In this document: positions 24,645 to 33,958 of the stretch, in pieces
Position numbering within the stretch: position 1 is the first letter of the stretch
How the letters are laid out: every line of letters begins with the position of its first letter
Source: Opitutaceae bacterium
Lineage (GTDB): Bacteria > Verrucomicrobiota > Verrucomicrobiia > Opitutales > Opitutaceae
Assembly (NCBI GenBank): GCA_016793535.1
Contig: JAEUHA010000411.1
Location: 1 to 56,370, forward strand
Direction: 5' to 3'
Length of the DNA stretch: 56,370 nt
The notes under the pieces: generated by a model
Databases searched by the model: none
What the model saw: the letters and a program-made list of their open reading frames with translations, nothing else
Told to the model about the DNA's origin: nothing
Made by a program: the position numbers and the translations under genes

Positions 24645-24982
24645 CCGGCGCGTGATACGGCAACGCGCGCAGTCCGGCTAGCCCGAATATTTCCCGCGCG
24701 GGAGGAATTTGGTCCGAGAAACGCGAGTCCTCCCTGCTCTCCCGGGGGAGGTCCCATCCTCCCTTGATTGCGGCGGCGTCAGGATCTCTCGCCCCCGATC
24801 GCTTTGCGGTTCGCCTCCCGTCGGAACGGCTTTACGCCCCTCCTACGCCAGCGAACTGTACTCTCAGCGGAAATCCCCGGGCCCGCGTTGCCACTCCGCG
24901 GGTACGTGATTCCCCCCACGCCGCGCCGCGGCGTTGACACCTTTTCCCGCGCCTGAGCGTCTAGGCGTCTCCCTTTCTCCCC

Positions 24983-27532
24983 ATGCTACGATTTCCCCGT
25001 CTCGTCCCGCTCGCTCTTCTCGCCACCGCCCAGGTGTTCGCCCAGAGCGGCGACCGAAAGGGTGAGGTCCAGGAGCCCCTGCCGGCGCACATCAAGGTGC
25101 CGCCGGCCCCGGTGCGGACGCCGGCCGAGCAGGCCGCGACCTTCAAACTGGCCCCGGGGTTTCGCGTCGAACTCGTCGCCGCCGATCCGCTCGTGGGCGA
25201 CCCGATTGCGCTGCAGTTCGGGCCCGACGGCCGGCTGTGGGTGCTGGAAATGCGCGGCTACATGCCGAACGCCGACGGCACGGGCGAACGCGAACCGGTC
25301 GCGATGGTCGCAGTGTTGACCGACACCGACCGCGACGGCCGCTACGATCAGCGCAAGGTGTTCGCCGACAAACTCATCATGCCCCGCGCCCTCGCGCTCG
25401 TGGGCGACGGACTGCTCGTGGCGGAGCCGCCCCACCTGTGGTTCTTCCGCGACACCGACGGCGACGGGGTCGCCGACGCCAAGACCGAGGTCGCCTCCGA
25501 CTACGGCGACATCAAGAACCCCGAACACACCGCCAACGGCCTGCTGTGGGCGATGGACAACTGGATCTACTCCGCCAACCACACCGTGCGCTTCCGCTGG
25601 CTCGGCGAGGGCAAGTTCGCCCGCGACGTCACCGTGACCCGCGGCCAGTGGGGCATCACCCAGGACGACAACGGCCGCCTCTACTATAATAGTAACAGTG
25701 ACCCGCTGCGCCACGACCCGCTGCCGTCCGCCTACCTGCGCCGCAACCCGTCGTTCAACGCCACCGGCGCCAACGTCTCGATCGTGCCCTCGAACCTCCG
25801 GATCTGGCCCGGCCGCGTGACCGCCGGCGTGAACCGTGGTTACAGGATCCTCGACGCCGAGGGCAAGATCACGTCGATGACGGCCGCCTCCGGACCGGTG
25901 GTCTATCGCGGCGCCCTGTTCCCCGCGGAATTTCGCGGCGATGCCTTCGTGCCGGAACCGTCGGCCAATCTCATCAAGCGGATCCGAATCACAGCCAAGG
26001 ACGGTGCCCTCACCGGCGCCAACGCGTACGAAGGCACGGAGTTTCTCACCTCGACCGACGAACGTTTCCGGCCCGTGAACCTCTACAACGGCCCCGATGG
26101 CGCGCTCTACGTGGTCGATCTCTACCGCGGCATCCTGCAGCACCGGATCTACATGACCTCGTTCCTGCGCCAGCAGGTCGTGGAGCGCGGCTTGGACAAG
26201 GGCATCGGGCTCGGCCGCATCTGGCGGATCGTGCCGGACGGCGCCCCCAAGGCGGAGTTCGACTCCGGCCTCGCCCGCGCGTCGCTCGCCGGCTTGATCG
26301 CCAAACTCGGTGACGCCAACGGCTGGGTGCGCGACACGGCGCAACGGCTGCTGGTGGAAAAACGCGATCCCGCCGTCGCCCCGGCCCTGCGTTCCGCCGC
26401 CCTCGACGCCAAGGCTCCCGCCTTCGCCCGCCTGCACGCGCTCTGGGCGCTCGAAGGCCACGGCGAGGCGCTTGATCGCGCCACGGTGCGGGCCGCGCTG
26501 GCCGACCCGGACGGGCGCGTCGTCGCGGCGGCGGTGCGGCTGAGCGAGCGCTTCCTGCGCCCGGCCGAGAGCGATCCGGAACTCATCCGCCTCCTCGCCG
26601 GCCTGGTGGCGTCACGCCCCGAGCCCGAAGTGCGGCTCCAGCTCGCGTTGAGCCTCGGCGAGGCGAAGGGCGAGCTCGCGGAGCGCGCGCTCCGGGACCT
26701 CGTGATTGCGGCCGGCCGGCAGCCGTTGCTCGCCGACGCGGTGGTCAGCGGCCTCGCGGGCCGGGAATACCCGCTCATCGAAGCCCTGTTGCGCGAGCCC
26801 AAGGCGGCGGAGCGCAGCGGCGAAGTCGTGCGGCTGGCGGTGAGCTCGATCCTGAAATCCGGCCGGGCACCGCAGATCGAGCAGGTCATGGGCATCATCG
26901 GTTCGCCGGCGACCCCGGAGTGGGCCCGCATCGCGATGCTCGCCGGCGTGCGCCATTTCCTGCCGAAGTCGCCCGACGGCCGGGCCGTTCCCGCCTACCT
27001 GCCCGTCGAGCCCAAGCCGCTGGTCGCGCTCGCCGCCCGCGGCGACACCGTGATCTCCCCGATCGCCCAGCAATTGCTCACGCAACTCCGCTGGCCCGGC
27101 AAACCGGGCGTCGCTGCTGCCGCAAAGCCGCTCTCCCCGGCCGAGCAGGCGCAGTTTGAACTGGGCAAGACTCACTTCGCCGGCTTCTGCGCCGCCTGCC
27201 ACCAGCCGAACGGCCAGGGTCTCGCCGGACTCGCGCCGTCGCTCGTCTATTCGAAGTGGGTTCTCGGCGATGCGCGAATTCTCGCCCGGATCGTGCTGAA
27301 CGGAAAAACCCAGGAGAACATGGTCATGCCGCCCTGGAAGGCCGTGCTCGACGACGAAAAGGTCGCGGCGCTGCTCACCTTCCTCCGTCGCTCGTGGGGC
27401 CACGACGCCGACCCCGTCACCCCGGCCGTGGTCAACGAGGCGCGCCAGGCCACCGCCGAACGCCAGGAGCCTTTCACCGAGCCCGAGCTGCAGGAACTGA
27501 CGCGCACGCTGCGGACGCGGCGCAGGCAGTGA
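24983..27532 (+). CDS. PVC-type membrane-bound dehydrogenase-like protein (beta-propeller, HEAT repeats, cytochrome c)
   Basis: Signal peptide; FKLAPGFRVELVAADP and DTDGDGVAD propeller; HEAT repeats; C-terminal CAACH heme motif with MPP. Confidence 0.85.
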   Translation: MLRFPRLVPLALLATAQVFAQSGDRKGEVQEPLPAHIKVPPAPVRTPAEQAATFKLAPGFRVELVAADPLVGDPIALQFGPDGRLWVLEMRGYMPNADGTGEREPVAMVAVLTDTDRDGRYDQRKVFADKLIMPRALALVGDGLLVAEPPHLWFFRDTDGDGVADAKTEVASDYGDIKNPEHTANGLLWAMDNWIYSANHTVRFRWLGEGKFARDVTVTRGQWGITQDDNGRLYYNSNSDPLRHDPLPSAYLRRNPSFNATGANVSIVPSNLRIWPGRVTAGVNRGYRILDAEGKITSMTAASGPVVYRGALFPAEFRGDAFVPEPSANLIKRIRITAKDGALTGANAYEGTEFLTSTDERFRPVNLYNGPDGALYVVDLYRGILQHRIYMTSFLRQQVVERGLDKGIGLGRIWRIVPDGAPKAEFDSGLARASLAGLIAKLGDANGWVRDTAQRLLVEKRDPAVAPALRSAALDAKAPAFARLHALWALEGHGEALDRATVRAALADPDGRVVAAAVRLSERFLRPAESDPELIRLLAGLVASRPEPEVRLQLALSLGEAKGELAERALRDLVIAAGRQPLLADAVVSGLAGREYPLIEALLREPKAAERSGEVVRLAVSSILKSGRAPQIEQVMGIIGSPATPEWARIAMLAGVRHFLPKSPDGRAVPAYLPVEPKPLVALAARGDTVISPIAQQLLTQLRWPGKPGVAAAAKPLSPAEQAQFELGKTHFAGFCAACHQPNGQGLAGLAPSLVYSKWVLGDARILARIVLNGKTQENMVMPPWKAVLDDEKVAALLTFLRRSWGHDADPVTPAVVNEARQATAERQEPFTEPELQELTRTLRTRRRQ

Positions 27533-27614
27533 GAGTGCCCGGGCGGCGCAGTTCGTTTCATTCCGCGTCGCGAAGCGGCAGGCAGCGTCAACCGACACGA
27601 ATCCCGCGCCCGAG

Positions 27615-27636
27615 GTAGCCGGAGCCTCTTGCTCCG
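27615..27636 (+). repeat. Single GTAG-type REP palindrome
   Basis: GTAG-C-CGGAGC-CTCTT-GCTCCG in the intergenic space. Confidence 0.45.
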
Positions 27637-27705
27637 TTCGGTTTTTGTGGCTGCGGGACGGTCCGGAATCGGATTCATTCCGGCTGCAGGGTCACCTGCA
27701 GCGTC

Positions 27706-28626
27706 ATGATCCTCGCGACGATTCTGCCCCGCGGGTGTCTGGAGCCGGTCCCGGTGGCCCGCGCACCGGACGGCACGTGGATCGAGCTCGCCGGCCTGAT
27801 CGGGCGCGACGCACCCCGCTTGAGGGACGCGCTGCCCTGGTTGATGTCGCATCACCGGCCGAGCCCGGAGCGCATCGCCGGCTGGAAGGGGCCGCGGTAT
27901 CGGGAAAGTGAATTCGCGTTTCTCCCGCCGGTCGTATGGCCGCCGGCGTTCCGGGATTTCTACGGCTTCGAGGCGCACCTGAAGGTCACGCGGGCGCGAC
28001 AGGGGCTCGGGATGCCCGCCGCGTGGTACGAGGCGCCGATCTTCTATTTCGCCAATCCCACCGGTCTCTGCGGCCAGGACGCGGCCATCCACGCTCCCGC
28101 CGGCAGCACCGAACTCGACTACGAACTCGAGCTCGGGGTCATCATCGGCCACGGCGGCCGCGACATCCCGCCCGAGCGCGCGTGGGCCCACGTGTTTGGT
28201 TTCACCATCGTCAACGATCTCAGCGCGCGCGACCTGCAGCGGCGGGAAATGGACGTCGGGCTCGGGTCGGCGAAAGGCAAGGACTTCGCGACCGCGGTCG
28301 GTCCGTGGCTCGTGGCACGGCAGGACTGCGAGGACCGGATCGCCGGCGAAACGCTCACCCTCGCGCTGAGCGCCCGGGTCAACGGGCGCGAACTCTCCCG
28401 CGGCAACAGCGCCGCTCTCCATCACACGATCCCGCGGATGATCGCGCACGCGTCGCGGGACGTGGAGCTGTTTCCCGGCGACCTCATCGGCACCGGCCCG
28501 ATCGGCGACGGCAGCCTCCTCGCCCTCGGTCCCGAAAAGAACGGCGGCTGGCTCAAGCCCGGCGACGTGGTCGAGCTGGCGATCGAACGCATCGGCGTCC
28601 TGCGCACGCGCATTGCGGCGCGTTGA
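27706..28626 (+). CDS. Fumarylacetoacetate hydrolase family protein
   Basis: RDFYGFEAH, LDYELELG, VNDLSARDLQ, AKGKDF and PGDLIGTG. Confidence 0.9.
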   Translation: MILATILPRGCLEPVPVARAPDGTWIELAGLIGRDAPRLRDALPWLMSHHRPSPERIAGWKGPRYRESEFAFLPPVVWPPAFRDFYGFEAHLKVTRARQGLGMPAAWYEAPIFYFANPTGLCGQDAAIHAPAGSTELDYELELGVIIGHGGRDIPPERAWAHVFGFTIVNDLSARDLQRREMDVGLGSAKGKDFATAVGPWLVARQDCEDRIAGETLTLALSARVNGRELSRGNSAALHHTIPRMIAHASRDVELFPGDLIGTGPIGDGSLLALGPEKNGGWLKPGDVVELAIERIGVLRTRIAAR

Positions 28627-28632
28627 ATGGGG

Positions 28633-28700
28633 CCCACGGAACCCACGGATCACACGGCAGAGGCGGGATGCCCTCCGGGTGGTCCGTGCGCTCCGCGCGC
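28633..28700. repeat. Nonamer-built inverted repeat between convergent genes (possible bidirectional terminator)
   Basis: CCCACGGAA CCCACGGAT CACACGGCA ... TCCGGGTGG TCCGTGCGC TCCGCGCGC. Confidence 0.55.
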
Positions 28701-28704
28701 CGCG

Positions 28705-31700
28705 TCACTCCGTAATCCGCGGCGGCGGCGGCAAGCCGCGGAGCGCGCGGGGAAGGCTGTCGTCGGCCCGCGGAGGCCCGCCCTTCAGGCTGGCCATGTA
28801 CTCGACCACGTCGCGGAGTTCGCGCAGCGACAGCAACGTCGCGTAGATCTCCGGCATGCCGCTCGGGGCGCCCTCGCGTTTCGCGATCTCGGACTTCTTC
28901 ACCGCGACCACCTGGTTGTCGGTGTTGCGCAGCGAGAGCGTGTCGGCGGTCTCGCCCGCGACCACGCCGGCGACGACTGAACCCGACTGCAAGGTGACGA
29001 CGATGGTGTCGAAGCCGGGGGCGATCGTCGCATTGGGTTTGATGATCGCCTCGAGCAGGTATTCGCGGCTGTTCTTCGCCCCCGTATCCACCAAGTTGGG
29101 ACCGGCATCGCCGCCGTCGGCGCCGGCGCGATGGCAACGGATGCACGCCAGGACCGGCTGATTGCGGAAAATCTGCTCCCCGCGTCCGGCATCGCCTCCC
29201 GCCAGTGCGACCCGGTACCGGGCCAGCGGATCGCTGGCCGCGGCGAGCGTCGACTCGCGCTGCGCGAGCAACGCCTTGATGCGGGGATCGCTGGTGCGCC
29301 GTTCGGCGGCGTTGAGGATCTCGAGCTGCACGGCGGGATTCGCCTTGCCGGCCACGAGCAGCTCGAGCTGGTCGGCCACCAGCGCGTTGCCGCTCGCGTG
29401 CCGGAAATTCCAGAGCGAACGCAGCGCGGACTTCTGCTCCTCGACCGTGCCCTTCGCGATGAGGTTGGCGAGCACCGGCGCGGCCGTCTCCGGAGAGATG
29501 CGCGCCGCGATCGGGAGCGCGGCCAGCCGCAGGGCCGACGACGTCGACGCACCCGCATACTTCACCGCCTCGGCCAGACGCGGATCCTTGATCTTGTCGA
29601 GGGCGCCGAGCGCGGCGGCGCGCGTGTCCCCGGCCAGCGTCTCGTCGCGCACGGCGGCAACCAGCGCATCCGTGGCGCCGGCAATCTCGAGTTCCTGCAG
29701 CGCCTTCAGCGCGGCGGTCTGGACCGCCGCCGGTGACGCCGGCTCGAGCAGGCGGCCGAGGATCGGCTGGAGGGCGTTCACGGCGGTCGCGCGGTCGCGG
29801 GTGGCCGCCATCCCGGTCGAACCGGTCGCGGCCACCGGCCGGAAGATGCCCACGATGCGATCGCGTTGCGGGGGTTTCGGCCAGAGCGCGAGCTGGGCGA
29901 TGGCCTCGGCGCGAACTTTCGCGGGGGCCTCGGCGCGGATCGCGTAGGCGGCGAGCGCGGTGGCATTCGCGGGTTGCCCGAGGCGGAAATTCGCGTTGAT
30001 GACGCGCAGCCCGACGGCCTCGTCGGTGAGCGGCTGGGCAATGAGGGCAGCGAGCGCGGGCATCGCGTCGTTGACCGGCGCGTCGTTGATGGCGAGCGCC
30101 GCTTCGCGCACGAGGTAGGGATCGCGATCGGAAAGGAACTTCGCGACGTCGGCGCTCTTGAGCCGGCGCAGGGCCAGCAGCGCGCCGAGGCGCACGGCGC
30201 TCGAGGCGTCGCTGCCCGCCGCGGCGAGCGTCGGAAGATGATTGCCGCCGGCGAGGCCCATCACGAGCGCGTGACGCAGATAGGCGTCGGCATTGTCGTT
30301 CGCCTTGAGCGCGGCGATCAACGCGGGGCCCGCTGTCGCCGCGAGTTCCGGGCGGCCGGCGGTGAGCTTGCCGAGACCCTGGGCGGCGAAGAACTTCACG
30401 CGGTCACTCGCGTCGCCCAGCGCCGCGATCAAGGCCGGCACGTCGCCCGCGACCCGCTGGTCGCCGAGTACCTTGACGGCCTGGGCCCGCACCTCGGCGT
30501 CGGCATCGCGGAGCACGGCGCGGACGGGGACGAGCGCGGCCTTGTCCGTGGCCGCGATCTGGCCGAGGGCCCAGAGGGCGTGGCGGCGGGCGTACGCGGA
30601 GTTGCGGCCGGGGGTGGCCGCGCTCCCGGGGGAAGCCGCGGCGGCGAGCGGGGCGATGCTGGCGGCGCCGCGTTCGGCGAGCGTGAACTGGGCTTCGAGG
30701 CGGACGCGCCAGTCGGCGTGACCGAGCAGCGCGGCCAGTTCGGCGGTAGACCGCTTCGTCCAGTCGCCCGCGATGAGCTGCTGCGTTTCCTTGATCAGCG
30801 GATCGTTCGCCTGCTTCGGATCGGAGACGGCGTAGATCCGGCCGCGCTTCGACTTCGGCCAGCCGTCGCCCCAGTCGGAGGTGTAGAGCCGCCCGTCGGG
30901 CCCGAACTTCACGTCGGTCGGCAGCGCGGAGGTCATGAACGGCTTCGAATCTCCGATCTCGTACGACGCGCCCTTCGGCTTGAGCGTGTACGTGTAGACG
31001 CCGCTGCGCGCGATGGAGCCCTTGAAGTGCGTGATGAAGAGGTGACCGCGGTAGGACGGGTTGAGGCCGGTGCCGGGGTAGTAATCGATCCCGGACGGGC
31101 CGTCCTCGATGTTGCAGATCGGTGGGAGCAGGTACGCGGCCTGGCCGTCGTGCCGCTGATGCCAGAGCCGCTCGCTGTTCCAGGGTCCGGCCTTCTGCAA
31201 CGGCGCGAACTGGTAGCCGATGCGCCAGCCGCTGTCGCCGCCCTCGACGACGTGCACGAGGCGTTCCTCGTCGCCCTGGTCGGAGTCGTTGTCGCCGGTG
31301 AGCAGGTCGCCAAATTCATTGAACACGAGCGACTGCGGGTTGCGCAGCCCGGTCGCGACCAGCTCCATCTGCGAGCCGTCGGGCAGGCAGCGGAACACCG
31401 CGCCCTCGTCCGGCACGGAGATCACGCCGCCTTCCTTCGTCTTCACGGTCGCGCCGCGGTCGCCGTTGCTGAAATAAAGCCGGCCGTCGGGACCCATGAT
31501 GAGGCCGTGCAGGTCGTGGCCGGTGTAGTTGAAACGCACGCCGTAGCCGCGGCTGATCTCGGTGCGCGTATCCGCTTTTGCCTTACCGGTGAACTTCCAG
31601 ACGCTCGGGATGTTGGTGAACCAGACCTGGCCGCGGCGGGCGAGGACGCCGGACGCGATGCCGTCGAGCGGGGCATTGAAGCCGCCGGCGTAGACGCTGC

Positions 31701-32205
31701 TCCGGTCCGCGACGCCGTCGCCGTTGGTGTCCTCGACCAGCCGCAGCACCTCGCCCTCGATGCCGAGCTCCTTCTCGCCCTCGGCGCCGAAGCGGCGGCG
31801 GACGAGCTGCGTGCGCTGCTCGATCGTGCGGGAGGAGAGGTCGTCCTCGAGGAACCACATGTAGTCGCGGATATCGAGGACGCTCGTGCGGTAACGGTAG
31901 GTCTCGGCGACGAAGATCCGGCCCTGCTCGTCGAAATTGAACGCCACGGGATTCGCAAGCATCGGCTCGGCGGCCCACAGCTTGATCTCGAGCCCGTCCG
32001 GCACCTTCATGCGCTTGATCGCCTGCGCGGCCTCGTCGGAGGCGGCGGCGATTTCGGGCGCGGCCTGGCGCGAGCCGATGTCCTTGATCCGGCGGGGCGA
32101 CTTCGCCGACGCGTCATCGGAGTCGGCCTCGGCGGCCAGGAGGAAGGGAGCGGAGCACACGGCCGCGGCAAGCAGGGCGGCGCGCAAGGCGGTTAGGCAG
32201 TTCAT
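28705..32205 (-). CDS. PVC-type heme-binding CxxCH / quinoprotein dehydrogenase-like protein with HEAT repeats (~1166 aa)
   Basis: Signal peptide from MNCLTALRAA at 32205 (the extra upstream in-frame stretch overlaps oppA and is spurious). VPDGLEIKLWAAEPMLANP and GLRNP propeller, many HEAT repeats, then GDAGRGEQIF...CIRCH...GPNL...SGMP. Confidence 0.88.
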   Translation of the reverse strand: MNCLTALRAALLAAAVCSAPFLLAAEADSDDASAKSPRRIKDIGSRQAAPEIAAASDEAAQAIKRMKVPDGLEIKLWAAEPMLANPVAFNFDEQGRIFVAETYRYRTSVLDIRDYMWFLEDDLSSRTIEQRTQLVRRRFGAEGEKELGIEGEVLRLVEDTNGDGVADRSSVYAGGFNAPLDGIASGVLARRGQVWFTNIPSVWKFTGKAKADTRTEISRGYGVRFNYTGHDLHGLIMGPDGRLYFSNGDRGATVKTKEGGVISVPDEGAVFRCLPDGSQMELVATGLRNPQSLVFNEFGDLLTGDNDSDQGDEERLVHVVEGGDSGWRIGYQFAPLQKAGPWNSERLWHQRHDGQAAYLLPPICNIEDGPSGIDYYPGTGLNPSYRGHLFITHFKGSIARSGVYTYTLKPKGASYEIGDSKPFMTSALPTDVKFGPDGRLYTSDWGDGWPKSKRGRIYAVSDPKQANDPLIKETQQLIAGDWTKRSTAELAALLGHADWRVRLEAQFTLAERGAASIAPLAAAASPGSAATPGRNSAYARRHALWALGQIAATDKAALVPVRAVLRDADAEVRAQAVKVLGDQRVAGDVPALIAALGDASDRVKFFAAQGLGKLTAGRPELAATAGPALIAALKANDNADAYLRHALVMGLAGGNHLPTLAAAGSDASSAVRLGALLALRRLKSADVAKFLSDRDPYLVREAALAINDAPVNDAMPALAALIAQPLTDEAVGLRVINANFRLGQPANATALAAYAIRAEAPAKVRAEAIAQLALWPKPPQRDRIVGIFRPVAATGSTGMAATRDRATAVNALQPILGRLLEPASPAAVQTAALKALQELEIAGATDALVAAVRDETLAGDTRAAALGALDKIKDPRLAEAVKYAGASTSSALRLAALPIAARISPETAAPVLANLIAKGTVEEQKSALRSLWNFRHASGNALVADQLELLVAGKANPAVQLEILNAAERRTSDPRIKALLAQRESTLAAASDPLARYRVALAGGDAGRGEQIFRNQPVLACIRCHRAGADGGDAGPNLVDTGAKNSREYLLEAIIKPNATIAPGFDTIVVTLQSGSVVAGVVAGETADTLSLRNTDNQVVAVKKSEIAKREGAPSGMPEIYATLLSLRELRDVVEYMASLKGGPPRADDSLPRALRGLPPPPRITE

Positions 32206-32334
32206 GGGGAGGGCGGAGCGTAGGTGGAAGGCGGGGCGAGGCAAGACGGGCGGGACAGAATATTCTGCTGTTGCGGCGGCGCCATCCGCCTGCGCTTGAG
32301 CCCGGCCGTCACCGCCGCCAAGGCTACCGCCCGC

Positions 32335-33948
32335 ATGAAATCCTTCCGGACCTGGATCGCGTTGTCGCTGCTGCCGGTCCTGGCTGGCTGCGGCCGCCGG
32401 CACGCGGCGGTCGACGAGGGGATCCGGACGCAGACGCTGCACTGGAACATCAGCGGCGAGCCCCGGGACTTCGATCCGCACACCACGACCCTGACCACCG
32501 ATGCCGTGGTGATCCAGGCCCTGATGGAGGGACTGGCCAACGTCGACCCGGTCACGGCGGCGCCGATCCCGGGGGTGGCGGAGCGGTGGGAGACCTCGGC
32601 CGACGGCCTGCGCTGGACGTTTCATCTCCGGGCCGACGCGCGCTGGTCCAACGGCGATCCCGTGACCGCGGCGGATTTCGTCTATGCCTGCCGGCGGATG
32701 CTTTCGCCGGCCCTGGGGGCCGAATATGGGGAACAGTTTCATTGCCTGAAGAACGCGGTGGACTACGCGGCGGGACGGCTGACGGATTTCTCCGCCGTGG
32801 GGGCGCGGGCCCGGGACGAGCGCACGCTGGAACTGGAACTGACCACCCCGGTGCCGTACCTGCCCTCGCTGGTGGCGCAGATCTGCTGGTTTCCGGTGCA
32901 CCGGGGCACGATCGAGAAGTTCGGCCGGATCGACCAGCGGTCGACGGCGTGGACGCGGCCGGAGCATCACGTCGGCAACGGCGCCTTCGTATTGAAAGAG
33001 TGGTTACCGGGCCGCTGGGTGCGGGTGGCGAAGTCCGGAACCTACTGGGACCGCGCCCGGGTGCGCCTCAACGAGGCGGTGCTGCACCCGATCGAGAACG
33101 CCGCGGTGGGCGAGTCCGCCTTCCGGGCGGGCCAGCTGCACGTCACGAACGCCCCGGTCGACAAGGTGCCCGCCTACAAGAAGGACCCGCGGCTGGCCGC
33201 GCTGCTGGTGGAGAGCGCGATCCTGCAGACGTATTTCTTCCGGCTGAACTGCACCCGTCCGCCCTTCCAGGATGCGCGGGTGCGGCGGGCGTTCTCGCTG
33301 GCGATCGACCGGGACAGGCTCGCGCGGCACGTCGTGCTCGCCGATACGGCGGCGTTTTCGCTGACCCCGCCCGAGTGCGCGGGTTACACGGCGGACCGCA
33401 GCGTGCGCACCGACGTGGCCGAGGCGCAGCGGCTGCTGGCGGAGGCGGGATTCCCGGGCGGCGCGGGCTTTCCGGCGCTCGAGGTGCCCTTCTATACGGA
33501 GGACGGCGCGGAGCAGCCCGTGCTCGAGACGGTCCAGCAGATGTGGCGCGCGCATCTCGGCGTCAACGTGGCCCTGCTGCGGCAGGAGATGCGGACGGTC
33601 ATCGCCGCGCGCAACACCGGCAGCTACCACATCCTCGCCGGCAAGTGGCTCGGCGACTACCTGGATCCGGTGACGTTCCTCGAGCTGCTGACCACGAACG
33701 GCGGCAACAACCGCACCGGCTGGTCGAACCCCGCGTACGACCGGCTGCTCGCGGAAGCCTCGACCTTGCGCGAACCGGCCGCACGGTTCGCCCGGTTGCG
33801 GCAGGCGGAGGCGCTGATGCTGGCGGAAGCTCCCGTCATCCCGCTCTACTACCAACCCAAGCGTGTGCTGCGGCACCCCGCGGTGCGCGGCTGGCACGCC
33901 AACCTGCTCGACGTGCATCCGTTGAAGGCGGTCTGGCTGGAGCCGTGA
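32335..33948 (+). CDS. Peptide ABC transporter substrate-binding lipoprotein (OppA family, SBP class 5)
   Basis: Lipobox VLAGC; EPRDFDP, PGVAERWETS, ARWSNGDPVTAADF and RVRRAFSLAIDR. Start at the ATG at 32335. Confidence 0.9.
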   Translation: MKSFRTWIALSLLPVLAGCGRRHAAVDEGIRTQTLHWNISGEPRDFDPHTTTLTTDAVVIQALMEGLANVDPVTAAPIPGVAERWETSADGLRWTFHLRADARWSNGDPVTAADFVYACRRMLSPALGAEYGEQFHCLKNAVDYAAGRLTDFSAVGARARDERTLELELTTPVPYLPSLVAQICWFPVHRGTIEKFGRIDQRSTAWTRPEHHVGNGAFVLKEWLPGRWVRVAKSGTYWDRARVRLNEAVLHPIENAAVGESAFRAGQLHVTNAPVDKVPAYKKDPRLAALLVESAILQTYFFRLNCTRPPFQDARVRRAFSLAIDRDRLARHVVLADTAAFSLTPPECAGYTADRSVRTDVAEAQRLLAEAGFPGGAGFPALEVPFYTEDGAEQPVLETVQQMWRAHLGVNVALLRQEMRTVIAARNTGSYHILAGKWLGDYLDPVTFLELLTTNGGNNRTGWSNPAYDRLLAEASTLREPAARFARLRQAEALMLAEAPVIPLYYQPKRVLRHPAVRGWHANLLDVHPLKAVWLEP

Positions 33949-33958
33949 CACCGCCGGG

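Noticed and set aside
24835-24885. TPP riboswitch-like words (GGGG...GCTGAGA...GCGTAGG) on the minus strand
   Set aside because: Only about 12 nt separate the motifs, the P2' strand and P4/P5 (ACCTGA) are missing, and the downstream gene is unrelated to thiamine.
32206-32970. N-terminal extension of the 1421-aa ORF
   Set aside because: It overlaps oppA on the opposite strand; the signal peptide begins at the ATG at 32205.
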